Shown: positions 1 through 13,572 of the stretch, piece after piece
Numbering within the stretch: position 1 is the stretch's first letter
Layout: every line of letters starts with the position of its first letter
Assembly (NCBI GenBank): GCA_951406725.2
Contig: OX597825.1
Coordinates: forward strand, 4,340,001 to 4,404,000
Direction of reading: 5' to 3'
Length of the DNA: 64,000 bases
From: Octopus vulgaris
Lineage: Eukaryota
The notes under the pieces: model-generated
Told to the model about the DNA's origin: nothing
Database searches by the model: none
The model's input: only the letters and a program-made list of their open reading frames with translations
Translations under genes and position numbers: made by a program

Positions 1-62
1 TTAATCCCTTTATCTGTTCTTGTTTGTCTCCTTTATGTTTAGTCCCCTGAAAGCAATACAGA
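1..62 (+). mobile_element. 3' end of SINE family A (truncated by window edge), followed by (TA)n
   Basis: TTAATCCCTTTATCTGTTCTTGTTTGTCTCCTTTATGTTTAGTCCCCTG..GCAATACAGAAATA matches the 3' end of the near-complete copy at about 57192-57256. Confidence 0.8.
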
Positions 63-66
63 AATA

Positions 67-123
<57 letters not shown>

Positions 124-157
124 CAAACAGGAGGATAATGAAAGTGTCTACGTTTTT

Positions 158-213
158 AAAGGCGATGCTCCAGCATGGCCGCAGTCAAATGATTGAAACA
201 AGAAATCAAAGAA
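158..213 (+). mobile_element. 3' tail of SINE family B
   Basis: AAAGGCGATGCTCCAGCATGGCCGCAGTCAAATGATTGAAAC matches about 34205-34245 (AAAAGCGGTGCCCCAGCATAGCCGCAGTCGAATGACTGAAAG). Confidence 0.7.
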
Positions 214-1183
214 TATTTACACGTACATTTGATCCTCTTTTTGCCTCATCCCGTGTGTGTTATGCTTGAATGCATGTGTGAATTAGCCAGTGTGTGAATG
301 TTATACATCTGCTTCCATATCAAGAAATACAGGGAACTTTGTAGCAAGCAAAGTGTCTTGCTGAATATTGGAAAGAATGTGTAAAATATGCCTTCTCATG
401 AAATGAATAATTTTGATGGTAATTGATGCATTTTACGGCTGAAACCCTTGGAATAAAGAACATCAACCTCGAAGGCAATAACAAGAAACTCAACAACATC
501 TATCTATGAATGTCTCGGCTGCATTAAGCTCTGACACCCTAATTTTGATTCAGGGTTTCAGATAATTTTTGGTTGTCAACTGACAGCCTTTCACTGTCAA
601 GTGAGAGCCAACTCACCGTCTTTCATCTCATACTACGAGATGGCTCCTACGGGGCATTTATCCTCGGCGGAACTGGGCCCTATAATCTTAATAGAAAAAG
701 CAAATGAAGACATACTCGTGAATATCGATCTATATTTATTGAGATAATTACAGCTGGATTCTACTTTATTATAGGACTGCCTTCTGTCAGGAATAAACGG
801 GGGTTAACCAGCATTGAATACATGAAATCAATGAGGATTTAAATGTATCTCAACCCCTATCTGTGAATAAAAATATATATTACACACCTAATAATAATAG
901 TAATTATATAAATTCTTGTGGACTAAATGGAAGACGGTACACAAGTGATAGTGCTCAGAAATCGTGTCGTGTTTGTGATGGTGTTTAAAGGAAAAGTTGG
1001 CACAAGATTCTGGAACTTCAATCAAAACCGGACGAAAGTATTGTAAGAGGATTTTAGTTTTCCCGCCAATCCATAACTCCATCACTCTGACATTTTGTAA
1101 ACACACGTTATGTAACAACATACGAGAGATTACAGATGTACATTCATTCGTACATACACATGCACACACAGGCATATACACCT

Positions 1184-1299
1184 ATATATATATATATGTG
1201 TGTGTGTGTGTATGTTTGTGTGTGTGTACATACACAGACATGCATATAGATGCATATATACAGACATACGCAAATACAATCAAACATAACATTGATGTG

Positions 1300-1369
<70 letters not shown>

Positions 1370-1378
1370 GATATATAC

Positions 1379-1454
<76 letters not shown>

Positions 1455-1456
1455 GA
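1184..1456. repeat. Compound (TA)n/(TG)n/(CA)n microsatellite, representative of dozens across the window (e.g. 8050-8370, 21920-22085, 27423-27615, 35789-35875, 38115-38220, 49230-49345, 50760-50940, 60780-61150)
   Basis: Directly visible dinucleotide runs. These generate the [12 protein letters not shown] ORFs. Confidence 0.98.
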
Positions 1457-2279
1457 ATAAAGTCAGACATATGACTGTAATCGTCTTTGTATCTATGTAT
1501 TTAGTAATATTTCCCGAGTCGTGCTTACAGTTTCTGTTATATTTTCATCAGCTCGAAACAACATTACTTAATGGAATGAATTGTGAGCTTCTAGAATCTT
1601 TAATAACACTATCTTCTATTGCAAACTTACTTTTATGTTCGACCATTATCATTTGGGTTTTTTCAGAGAAAATGCACTTAGTACTATAGAATTGTTGCGT
1701 AATATTTGTATCATGGAATAAGGCTCGATTTTTAAAGTCTAGTTGCATAAAGTCTATTGAATTAATCATGTTCATATACCGACCAGCGAGGAAGATTCTA
1801 TGCGTTCGTCCGACCTGGTAGATATAGTAGTCAAGTCTCATTGAAATCATAGAGTTTCCTAATAAATGAAATTAAGAATGAATGAATACACCAAAGAATG
1901 ACGTATTGGATATAGATTTACTCATCTGTGGAATTAAAGGCTGGAAAAAATCTGGGTTACTTTTGATTAAAGTAAGACTCAGCCGAGATTATACAATAGC
2001 GACAACAAGGACAATAATCACATGTTCAATAACTACAGCAGGAGCAACGGAAAAAATAGAAACGAATGGTTTTGGGAGTTTTTCTTTGATCACCACTGCA
2101 AGGCGTTCCATATAACCTCGCTCAATTCTCACTTATTGATATTATTGTTCTAATACATACTAAAAAGATAGACTGGTTAATACTTAAAAGGACTTGATCG
2201 TCCATATTCTTAATAATACTTTAGCTTGTGACAAGCAGCATCAAATCTATACCAGTTTTCTGAATTCTTTTACGAATAA

Positions 2280-2860
2280 GCCATTTTCTGCAATCAGGTA
2301 CCTTCCCTGTACAAGAGACTTCCTTTGCGTTCCTTGGAGCAGGTGACTGCGGTTCTTAAAACTGCATGGATTGTTTCTTTGTCTCTGGCTCAAAGTGATG
2401 AAGCCAACACGCTTCCTGGGTTAGGAAACGTTAAAAGAAATCAACTTAATTAGCCTCGAACATTATCAGATTTGCCCGTGGTATGATCAGACATGCTGCA
2501 CTTCTGTTCAGCTGTCAGAAGACGTGACACCCACAGAGAAGAATCCTTAGTCATAGCAACTTTATTGTGCAGAATATTCTCAACTTTCACACGAAATATC
2601 ATAATACTGCTGGCTGTTTGATCTATAGTCAAGCGCCTTTCATCCATCAGTACGTGGTCAAGACGATATATGTTTTTCCTCTGAAGTGGGAGCTGCAAGA
2701 CTCTCTTCCCCCACTAACTTCAATCGTCCACTGTTTGCATTATTGATAAAACTAGAGCGTCATCACCTACTGTAGATACCATGTCAGCATGAATGCCACT
2801 TAGGGCTTACCCTTTTTCAGAAGGTAGTTAATAATTTCAAGATGCCAAATACTGTTCATT
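2280..2860 (-). mobile_element. Degenerate mariner transposase remnant (N-terminal half)
   Basis: The minus strand encodes ..IHADMVSTVGDDA.. and DERRLTIDQ..VENILHNKVAMTKDSSLWVSRLLTAEQK (mariner WVPRxL motif). Frameshifted. Same family as 18905-19760. Confidence 0.85.
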
Positions 2861-3305
2861 TTGAATTTTTTTTTGTTTTTTCCTGACTGTGAGATACCAT
2901 ATTAATGCATTATCATCAAAACACATGGCACCGCACTTCCTACAGCTATTAAACGCCTGGACACACGCCGCATGCACATGTGCGCGCACACACTCACACA
3001 CACGCTCACACACACGGTCACACGCATATGTTCTCTACCACAATCTAACATTCTACCTAATTGTCTGGTTTTCAGTTGATATTAATGAAATTAATATTCA
3101 ATTTTTTACGCTTATTATTTTAAATTTATATATATATATATATGTATATTGAGTGTTATGCTGTGATGCGATACACTTTAGCAGCATTATTTTACTCGTG
3201 TCCATTTAAACTGTCCACATCACATACTTGCAGCATTAATAGTCTAAAGGAAACAAAGATAATGTAGTTTTCAATCGTGTGGGGTCATGTTATATGATAA
3301 TAACT

Positions 3306-3306
<1 letters not shown>

Positions 3307-3366
<60 letters not shown>
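3307..3366. repeat. (TAA)n microsatellite
   Basis: Direct. Confidence 0.98.
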
Positions 3367-3369
<3 letters not shown>

Positions 3370-4334
3370 CAAAGAAAAAACGAATGTTGATATTTGAATA
3401 CATTTCTTACACGTGTTTCATGCAATTATGTATGAAGAAAAATATTGTCTTACATACAACCTTCGTCAACTAAGATATTGCACGATATTCCAGTGTTAAA
3501 CTTTCGTAGTTGTTGTGTAAGAGTATTTTTTTCTTAACTAATTACTTGTAACACGTGTATTAAATGCATTCAAAGTATCAACACTTGCTTTTCCTTTATT
3601 ACATACGAGCACCCGAGTGCGTGTGTATATCAGTGTGCTTGCATGTGTGTATTGTGTATGTTTATGTGACTATGTGTATACGCATCCAGACATACACCGT
3701 CGCATATGTGCATATTAATCTTTTGAATGAATTAAAATTCATTGGAACAAAATCTCTTACATTCTAAAGGACTGTCTTGAAAGAAATGAGAAAGAAAACC
3801 CTATATGTACATGTGTGTGTGTATGTATGTGTATGTGTATGTATATCTATATGTGTGTGTGTGTAGGTATATGCATATGTTTACTTATGTATAAATACAT
3901 GTATTTGCTACCGTGCATGCATATATAGCTGCATGCTTATATATACATACATGCATATATACATACTTTTATGTGTAATATCTTGCAAGTCTTGTAAAGC
4001 CAAGACTAATTAAAGCAGTCACGCAACAATGTTTGGTTCTCTCGTATATTCGTTCGCTGTTATCATTATGGGAGGCCTCATTGTTCGTAGAATTAAAAAC
4101 ACCTTTCTTTCCGGGACTTTCTATTGAAAACCGGTGACAGTTGTTTATAGAGAAATCTCTAATTAGAAAAATATTCGAAAAAACATGGTATTACTACTTA
4201 CAATTTCTGCACGAAATTTCAGCTTCTTAATCATGAAACTGTAAGTTTCCAACAGATACTGACAGATACAGAGAGACGAGGCCACAGAAGATGAGAAAGG
4301 ACACAAAACGATATATTATTGATAATAATCGTTT

Positions 4335-4718
4335 TAGCTATAGGCACAAGGGCTCAAATTCTAAGGAAAGGGGATCGTTAAATACATCAACCCCAATGTT
4401 CTACTAGTACTTCATTGACACTGAAATGATAAAATGCTAGGTCGACCTCGGCGGAATTTGATCTCTGAATCTAAAGACGAACCGAATGTCAATAAGCATT
4501 TTGCCGGACGTGTTAAAGAAGCTTACCCTCTCGATTTACTAATATTGATAATAGTAATGATAATAGGAGTAGTAGTACTAATAATATCAATAATAGTAGA
4601 AGTAATAACAACAGCAACATTTATTATGATCCTTTCCACAAGGGACACAAGGTCTGAAATTTGGGGAAAACGGAACGGTTGATTACATCGACCCCAGTGC
4701 TCAACTGGTACTCATTTC
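4335..4718 (-). mobile_element. Two decayed SINE family A fragments
   Basis: GTCGACCTCGGCGGAATTTGA at about 4441 and GATTACATCGACCCCAGTGCTCAACTGGTAC at 4681 match the copy at 48263-48494. Confidence 0.75.
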
Positions 4719-4741
4719 TTCAATTCGTATAATAATAATAA

Positions 4742-5096
4742 ATAGAAATTGAAAAAATGTGGCATCTCAAGGCGACTACAGTACCAGTGATTGTAGGATC
4801 TCCAGGAATGATAAAAAAAAGGTATTGAAACATATTTGAAAATGATACCAGGCTTACCATCCCTACAGGAAGTGCAAAAAATCGTGTTAACTGGAACGGC
4901 TCATGTACTGAGAAGATCATTATGGCTGTGAAAACAACATCCATTCATGAATTTATTTATATATTAATTTCTTAAATACATATTTTACATGTGAATTTGC
5001 GTGTGTAATCTGGGAATGCATACAATGAGCTTCTTTACCCTAGGTGTACAGAAAACACTCGGTGAGAAACTGAAGAAAATTTTAAGAAAGAAGGAA

Positions 5097-5097
<1 letters not shown>
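4742..5097 (+). mobile_element. 5'-truncated R4/Dong-clade (restriction-like endonuclease) non-LTR retrotransposon 3' end
   Basis: IEIEKMWHLKATTVPVIVGSPGMIKK/GIETYLKMIPGLPSLQEVQKIVLTGTAHVLRRSLWL* (one +1 frameshift in an A-run) is the typical RLE C-terminus. It is preceded and followed by (TAA)n. Confidence 0.8.
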
Positions 5098-5189
<92 letters not shown>

Positions 5190-5200
5190 AAGAAGAAGAA
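5098..5200. repeat. Compound (AAT)n(AAG)n microsatellite
   Basis: Direct. Confidence 0.98.
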
Positions 5201-5220
5201 TAGTATTGATAATAATAATA

Positions 5221-5352
5221 TCATTAAATTATATACCGGCACAAACGTCAAAGAGCTTGATCCACAAAAGAGCTATCAGTTCCTGGGGGTAAACGAAGGA
5301 GATGGGATACAACATGCTATTATGAAAGAAAATAAGAAAGAAGTATTCCAGT
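5221..5352 (+). mobile_element. R4/Dong-like reverse transcriptase fragment
   Basis: IKLYTGTNVKELDPQKSYQFLGVNEGDGIQHAIMKE/IRKKY resembles the YxYLG RT motif region of R4/Dong elements. It starts right after a short TAA run. Confidence 0.7.
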
Positions 5353-6639
5353 TGATAAATGTGTGTGTGTGTGTGTGTGTGTGCGTGTGTGTGTGTGTGT
5401 TTGTGTGTAAAGGTAAGATTGAAGTATCAAGGTGTAGGAAGTTCAAGCTTAAAGCAATCCCTCAATTTTGAGGAGCAATGTTGGTTTGTTTGCGCTGAAG
5501 TTTTTGAATTTTACGCATAACTAAAATAAGAGAATCTGATAAACAGTAATTTCATAGTTCCCGGTTAAGAACAGACGTTGATGTATATGCTAATAAACAT
5601 TCAAAAATTTTGCAAATGGAGTAGATAAAAGCAGGCTACATATGTTTCATAGTTATAGGAACCTCGGAAGTAATAAATTCTCTAAACGAAGTGTCCGTCG
5701 CAAGCTACACTTCAGGCCAAAGTACCTTGATTATATGAAGTTTACATAGTCGAGGGGAGATCCCTTGTTAACTAGTTGGAGATTCGATCTATATACAACG
5801 ACAAAGTGACATCTCACTCCATTATATACCAGGTTTTGGTTACTTGTACCAAAAATGCTGTCTCCTGCATCATTATGAAGACCAGCGCTATTAGTTGTGA
5901 AATATTTGATTTCAACATACTTTGAAACTTCTTAAAGACAACCAAGTTTTATCCTTTGCTTGTCAGTAAATGTTTCTTAGTCACCAACATAAATACAAAC
6001 AGGCTGAAGTCACTGAACTCAGTGAGTCATGTGCTATCCTCGGAATAAATTAACATGTAGCTTTCAGCTTAATTGATGGTTAATTATTGAGACTTCTTCG
6101 CATTGTGATGCAGACTGTCATTGTCTCAATGATTCTCATTAATTGAATGATAAAATGTTTGCATCAGGATAAACAGCATTGTTAAATTCATTGAAAAACC
6201 CGCCCTGCTGAAAACTTTGTTTGTGTTTGCCTTTGAGGTTCTTCATTTCTTTGGAGACAGTAATTTCTCTACAGATACAATGCACAAACATTACAAACAA
6301 GAGAGGAGTTGTAGTTCCATATGTATGTATACAAGGACATATAATATTAGTGTGCAACTACCAAATTTAATAAATGACTTTTTAAAATAATTTTGTTGCA
6401 TCTGGGGAGAGTCATTTACTTTTTGTGCCTCATAATATAACACTCACCGGTAAAAATTTCCACTTAGTTCTTATTTTTATTTTCCTAAAATAACAGAATA
6501 TGCTTCAACACACGAACTCTTATAAAGAATCTTGCAGACCAAATCCAAAACGAAATAATATAATTTCATTCTTATATATTAGAATAATAATCTAATCAAA
6601 TATGTCTTCCACATATATCGGGACATCCAATAAATAATG

Positions 6640-7345
6640 CGGTTTAAATTACTCAATTTCTTTCTTAATCTCAAGTATACTCTGTGTCATTTTCTACAAA
6701 GCTCTTCCATCTATCTGCTGGATTTGAAAGGCACCTCTCCCAAAACTCTCTTGTCTGTGACGAAAAATACTCTACCAATACTGTTCTCACCTCGTCTACA
6801 GAATTCATTTTTTTCCGTCTGAGTGATTTGAAGACTGCGGAATAAATCATAATCAGGTAGGGCAATCTCCGCCGAATATGGCAAGATGGTAGGCGGGGCA
6901 ATAATTTCCCATTGAAACTGTACCAGGCTTTGGAATGCCATACTTTCTATATGTGGCCGATATATTATATCCTGGTGGAAGAATACTTTTCGTCTTGAAA
7001 CTAAAGATGGTCGTTTTTCTTCTAGCGCATACTTAAGCTGGTCAAGCTGCTCGCAGTAGAGCTCGTTTGTTATTGTTTGGTTTGGGTTCAAAGTCGACTA
7101 AACCCTTCATATCCCTGTAAAAAGATAACAACCCCTTAATGGGGTGAAGACCCTCTTTAGTCTGAAGTGCCGGTGTTTCTCATTTCCCTACACAATGTCT
7201 TCTGCGCTTGAGATTTTTCTAGGGAACCTATTTCTCGTTACCGGTCACTATTCGGTCAAAATAATGTGACAGTAACGAAGAGCACACATTCATTCTCTAA
7301 GACTCGGGAAATTTGTGAGGACCTCATTGACCTAATTTGTTGATT
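6640..7345 (-). mobile_element. Degenerate mariner (DD34D) transposase
   Basis: DRIVTGNEK (about 7230-7258), NQTITNELYCEQLDQLKYALEEKRP..VFFHQD..RPH, PYSAEIALPDYDLFRSLQ (YSPDLAPSDYHLF motif) and RWKSFVENDTEYT. Contains stops and frameshifts. Confidence 0.92.
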
Positions 7346-7500
7346 TTTCAGATGTCACGCAAGTAAACTGAAAATGATAACTAAATTTATATCTCTATAA
7401 TTAATATAATAACAGTCGATAAATGCACTATTTCATCTAGTCTTTCTCATAAATACATATAGAACATAACTGACAATTAAAGGGATACATACACACAAAC

Positions 7501-7545
<45 letters not shown>

Positions 7546-8210
7546 TACATAAACACACAAACATTCACACATGTCAAAAGAATAAGATGTCTTTCCCGAG
7601 CCATAGATTCATCAGACTCGTTCTTTCGAATTTACGACATGTTGTGGCTTTTGGATAGGACGCCGATCTGTCGCAAGATGATTTATTTTTACCAGGATTA
7701 GGGGTGGAATAATGTGAAACGAAGTGCTATTCTAAAGAGTGCAACACCCTAACCACTAACCCACTTGCCTTCACAAATATATACGCTTACTTAGATGCAC
7801 ATACACATACACATACAGTAACGCGCACGCATATAAAAACTTACACTCATATATATGCACATGGTTCAAAACTGAGGGAGACAAAAGGGACCTGGCTGAA
7901 AGTGTGTGCACGCAATCATTTTTGTATATGTAGCAATAATGAGTGCATGTGCATGCGTGTATATGGGTGAGCGTCTGTGTATGCGTCTGTGTATGAACAA
8001 GCGCGTGTGAGAGTATACACACATGCACACGCACATACACACGCATGCATATATATATATATATATATACATATGTGAGAAACTATTCATACTACTCATG
8101 TGCATGTGAACATGCATGTCTAAGTCGGGTACGCGCGTGATTGTATTGCTATGTGCAGGAAAATACATATGTATTACTATATATATATATGTACATACAT
8201 ACATATATAC

Positions 8211-8281
<71 letters not shown>

Positions 8282-11200
8282 TACATATGTATATGTATAT
8301 CTATATCTATATTTATATAGATAGATAGTTATAGATATAGATATAGATATGTATATATATATATATATATTCCTAAATATACCCATTCATTCATAAATAT
8401 ATTTATGTATATCACTATTTATTTGCTTTCGTTTTTATCGTATTGATTTCTTAAGACGTGCTATTTAAGAAAGGATCTGTTATGAAAACTTAATTTGAAC
8501 AAAATTTTTCTAAGGAAATATAATCCACTTTTTCATTATCTTATATCACGATTTCAACATTTGCTGTTTCACTTTCTTAAAGTGGCATTATTAAAAAGAA
8601 TGAATCAGCACACGATGAAAATCTGAAATACCATAGCTTTACGTAAAGATATATACCAGGTAAATAATTTCATGTCAGGTTCGTATATAATATATACACC
8701 AGTCTCTATTTACGAATGCACGTCAGTCCCTATGCTATTGTTTAATAAGCATACATTTAATATTCTCCGTCATACTCTCCATCAAATATTCATATGCGTT
8801 GGTCTATAATTTATCTATAGTTAATATGAATATTAAACCAGGCAAAAATATAGGTTGTATGTCTTTCCCTGCCTTAAATGTTGCCGGTAAGATAAAAGCG
8901 GTATATAGCCTGCAATATGCCAGATTCTTAAATCTAAAACTTTGATTAGTGATTAGCTTGTATATATGTGTTTTCATATATGTATTATGCTCCATCGATT
9001 TCATTGTATGCGATGTATATCATTCAGGCGCACAATATGTGCGAACAAACATTTTAAGGGATATTAAATTTTATAAGCAACGTTTTAAAACATCAAGACG
9101 CAACGTGCTCGTTGGTGGCATCGACATCGTATTCGGCTATAGTCGGACTAGCTTTAAATCTGTTTTGTAGCCTTTCAATTTGCATGTTATGTTCGTCTAT
9201 CAAATATGTGTAATTATAATATTTAAAAATATTCTAAGCTAAACACCTTAAACACCTAATTAATTTGCTTTCTATGCTAATCAAAACATTTTACAAGCAA
9301 TAACGCCAAATTTGATCTGAATTGAGCTGGTCAGAGATAAATGCCGTAAAATAGAATTGAAGAAAGGATTTTCGTTGTTGACAGACCTCTCAAAAAATCG
9401 GGCAGAAAATCTCAACGATCACATTGTCTTTGTCATTATTTAATGCTTCATCGTCCTGCCCTGCCCTATCTGCTCTTCAGCTTCTTTTGCAAGGTATGCT
9501 TACTACTAGTTAGAACCTTTTATTGTGTCTGCAGTGGATTTTTAGATCAAACTCAAGCGTAAAAGAGAGACTGGGCTCTACGCATCTGCAAATTGTTTAG
9601 GCGTTCACAGACCAGTAAACGTCGAGCAATTTAGTCGGTTTAAGTTTATGACGGGCAATCTGTAGATGGCTAGTAATGTAGGATAGCAACGATGTTCAGG
9701 TATACGATCTCGGAGTTCACTAGAATCAGCTGGCTGGTCTGTTCTGGATAACATTCAAAACAGGAACGTTGATAATCTCAACCATTTTTTACATTGTTTG
9801 CTACCGCAGGACCATAACGCTTTTGGCTAATATCTGCACACGCTAAGAGCTGCTTACACGAGACGTATACCGAACTGCGTCATACATACGTTTCTTCTGT
9901 GTCCGAGAATTACTAACTTGTAGAGTTCTGTCAAACCTTTGCTGTCACATGCTGGATGGATGCAACCATTCGTGAAGATAAAACTGTGGGCTCTTTACGC
10001 CAAATAAAACAGAAGCAGTTTACTCATCTGTTGTCTTTGGCAAAATAGGCTGAATAGTGGGTGAAGCTGAAAGAACTGATTAAAAAACCTACCTTTTCTG
10101 TCATGTCTTTATCGAATTTTATTAAACTGGACTTGTAAACGAGGTTGATCCTTGTAAAGAATCAGCCTCGTGAAAATGTGAAAAGTTGGATGACATTGGC
10201 GAATATAGTAAGCCTGGAGGAGCTTACTCTCATATTACCTGCAGGCTAGAGAATTACTTTTGGGAGAGAATACTCTCCTTCTATGCAGAAAATGTTCTAC
10301 GATCCTTATAGTTCTTTAACTGATTCTGGTTAGATGTTCGAATGAATCAATCTTATATAACATTGCTTATTTGCAACGTTTAAATTTATATGACGTTGAT
10401 GTGTGTTTCATTGGATTTTCCTTGTAAACTCTCACATCTTGTGTAACTTGATTTACGATGCCCCTTTCATCCAAACTTCTTGTGGAAAAAAATGAAATGA
10501 ATTAGTATTTGTTGCATCATCGCCATTATTTGTTAGTCTTACTTTTATTGAATGCATTCATTGAGCAAACGATTGCAACTGAATACGCTTTAGGGTCATG
10601 AACTGTTTTGTTTTGCATTGGGTTATTTTCCCATTCTATTGGGAAATAATCTCCGAAATACGTAAACAATACACAGATGCACGATTGTCCGTATGTTTTA
10701 AACATGCCTACTTTCTCGTGTTTTGGTTATATATTTGTATGAACCTTGTTTAATATTATACAAAGCGGTGAATCCTATAAAAATGGCTTCCGTTTATAGT
10801 TCTCGCAATCTTGTAAACTCTATTTCCATTTTAGTATTATTAAAATAGTTTGTCCGTTTGGTTGTGAATTATGTTAAAGGCTTTTGAGTTTGATATCTCT
10901 AATACATCGATACTATTTCCTCATCCATTTTCAACAATAGCCTCTGTGGAACAGAACGTCCCATACTATAGCAGTTTTTTGTTTTTTTTCTTTCTCAGAC
11001 ACATTCTATGGCGTATGTTTAAACCATCTTTGTCAAAAATACGGCTACGCATTTCGACCGGCGTGCTAACGCTTCTGCCAGCTCGCCGCTTTATCGAGAT
11101 GATACATTGCGAACTATATGTGCTTTCTCTTGAATTTTAAGTTTATATCTATATTTGTTCATTTGGATTGCATGTAAGATCTTGTGGCGCTGTAAATCGT

Positions 11201-13361
11201 TTTCAGACTTTCATTCGCATTACTTAAACATATAAAATCCTCCCTTTATATTTGCTTTTAACTCATCTACTTCCATTCTCAAAATACTTATACGTTAACA
11301 ATTTCTCTACTTCTTTCGAAATGATTTGTTTTGGTTTTATTTTCGTGGAATGAGAAAGGACGAAGGTGTCTATAATAGCATAAAGATTCTATTTATGATA
11401 TTTGCTTTGGTTATTACATTTTTGACAATGTCTTGTTTTAATTTCGAAGTCAGTGTAGACAACGATGATAACCATGATTAGGAACGAGTCTTATGACAGA
11501 CGGTTTGCCTTACATGTTTTCATCACATATAATCCGTTTAAACTCGCAGACTTGGTAATATTATCATGTTGAAAAAATCTGCAGAACTGATTTTTCTGGA
11601 AGTATAAGTCAGACTTTGTGAAATTTGTTAACTACAGAATTATCACTTACTCTACTCCCTCAGTCGTCATCACCATCATCATTGCCATCACCATCATCAT
11701 TATCATCCTTATCTTCACCAGCATTATCATTATGTACATTATCTTCCCTATAATCTTAAGAATCATACAGATTTATAAAACAATACTGTTATTATTTCTT
11801 ATATCTGTAAGGCGTTTAACAATATGCATTACGTTATTCTATTGCATCCCTTTCAATTGTTAATTCAAAACCCATCGAAGCTGTGGGGCTTTCAAATAAA
11901 TAACTTATACTGGAGTCAATCTTTGTCGACTATAAATTCACCTTAAGTTGTGCAGCTATTTTCGAGATCAAATTACAATTCAAAAGTGCGCTGACGATGT
12001 GAAATCCCAAGAAGGACTTAAGAATTTACCTTTTGGTATTTAGATGCGATCTTTGAAGTCCTGGGACCAAATATAGCTGCTGTTTTGAATTCATTGCCTT
12101 TTCCCACAGTCGATAATATAATAACCTATTTATCTTCTATGTTCAGTGATCGATCATATCGCCGACGATTTCTTTATTCCAATAGTCATATGCCAATTTA
12201 TAAACTCTCGTTATATATTTGAAGTTATTGTATTTTCCGTTAACTATTTACGCTACTTCATTTGTATAACTAAATATATACACACATATTCACACATATA
12301 TACACATACATGAAATCTACCTTTAGAACTCATAGTGTGTATGTATATATATATGTGGGTAGTGAATGTTTGTGTTGATATCAGTGTGATTCAACATTCC
12401 CAGAGGTCAAATCTCTAATTTCTGTAATCTGAATTAAATGATGTTACTTCGTAGAACTTTCCTACACAGTTGTTTTGTTGAGCTTGCCACTGGTTATAGA
12501 TATTGAGTTTTTCTCACAATATGTTTAGAAATAATGTTGATAAAGAATGTGCGTACTTCAGGCAATCTTTCATTTTGAAGTATTCTTCGTACATCACATA
12601 AAACTTTCGTCCGAACAGACAGCAGGATATTTTCCATTTCACAACAAAACAACTCCGATATTTCTTCATGTATCTCGTTCTTGATCATTTTATTATATTA
12701 AAATCTCCAGGGAATGTAGATTTTATCTAAATACATCCTTTATTATAGATTTCACCGGCAATTTCAATAGTTTCCATTATAAGAATTGTTGCACGTTTAT
12801 TGTAAAGAAAATTACAGTAACTATCTGAACATGATTAGTAGTCAACCGTTTGTACTGAAAATACAATTGTGGCTGGTCGAACAATATTTAAATAGAATCA
12901 ACTCCGGGCTGAATATTCTTGAAATGCTGTTTTCCAAATTATTCATATTGTGAAACATTGGTTGTTATCTTCTAAAGGAAAGTTGCAGACAACCAAGATT
13001 ATGATGAACGAGACAACTATGTGAATGGTTTGTGTACCGGCAAGGACAATAAGCGGTGTCCGTGGCAAATACTTTAAACTTCAACAGATGATCAGGACTA
13101 AGTAAAAATAGTATATACTAATGAGAAAAAATCCGGGTGGTCATCGACTGGCTAAATGTAAAAGAAAATTCTCAAATGTCTTTTAGAAAGACAGGGGTAA
13201 ATGCCTTCTGATCGTTTAATAGAAGACGGGTACAGCAGTATTTGAACGATTTTCATCGTTTTTATGCTCACATATATATCATGTTCAGTTTACGTAAGTT
13301 TAAAATATTCACAAATATAACTTGATTCAGTGGGGAGAAAAGGAATTTGAGAAAAGCTATG

Positions 13362-13572
13362 ATAGATCGTTAGCCACTACACACATTTTTATCTCTCCTT
13401 TTTTTGTTTCCTTAATTCTCTCCCTGTTTTTTTCTTTGTCTCCCTTTCTATAGAAGAGCGTAGGCTCGAAACGTAAAAGACTTTTCTCTATTCCTGAGCG
13501 TTATACTAATACATCTGTTTGTTTTGTATACCACATGCCTTCGTCTTTTGTGGGTTTCGTAAACTCTCCCTA
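13362..13572 (+). mobile_element. ~200-bp interspersed repeat with hammerhead-like motif (Penelope pseudo-LTR-like), copy 1
   Basis: Aligns along its length with 47113-47309. Contains CTTT-CTATAGA-A-GAGC-GTAG-GCTC-GAAA-CG-TA-AAAG at 13444-13479. Confidence 0.75.

Noticed and set aside
1522-1556. Minus-strand CTGATGA...GAAA-CTG-TA hammerhead-like string
   Set aside because: Neither stem I nor stem II can pair.
997-1689. 230-aa ORF and the many [12 protein letters not shown] ORFs
   Set aside because: Open only because (TA)n, (CA)n and (TG)n lack stops in those frames. No domain content.
9600-10300. GC-richer coding-like stretch (..LLPQDHNAFG*YLHTLRAAY..)
   Set aside because: Possibly an old transposon, but there are stops in all frames and no motif I can assign reliably.
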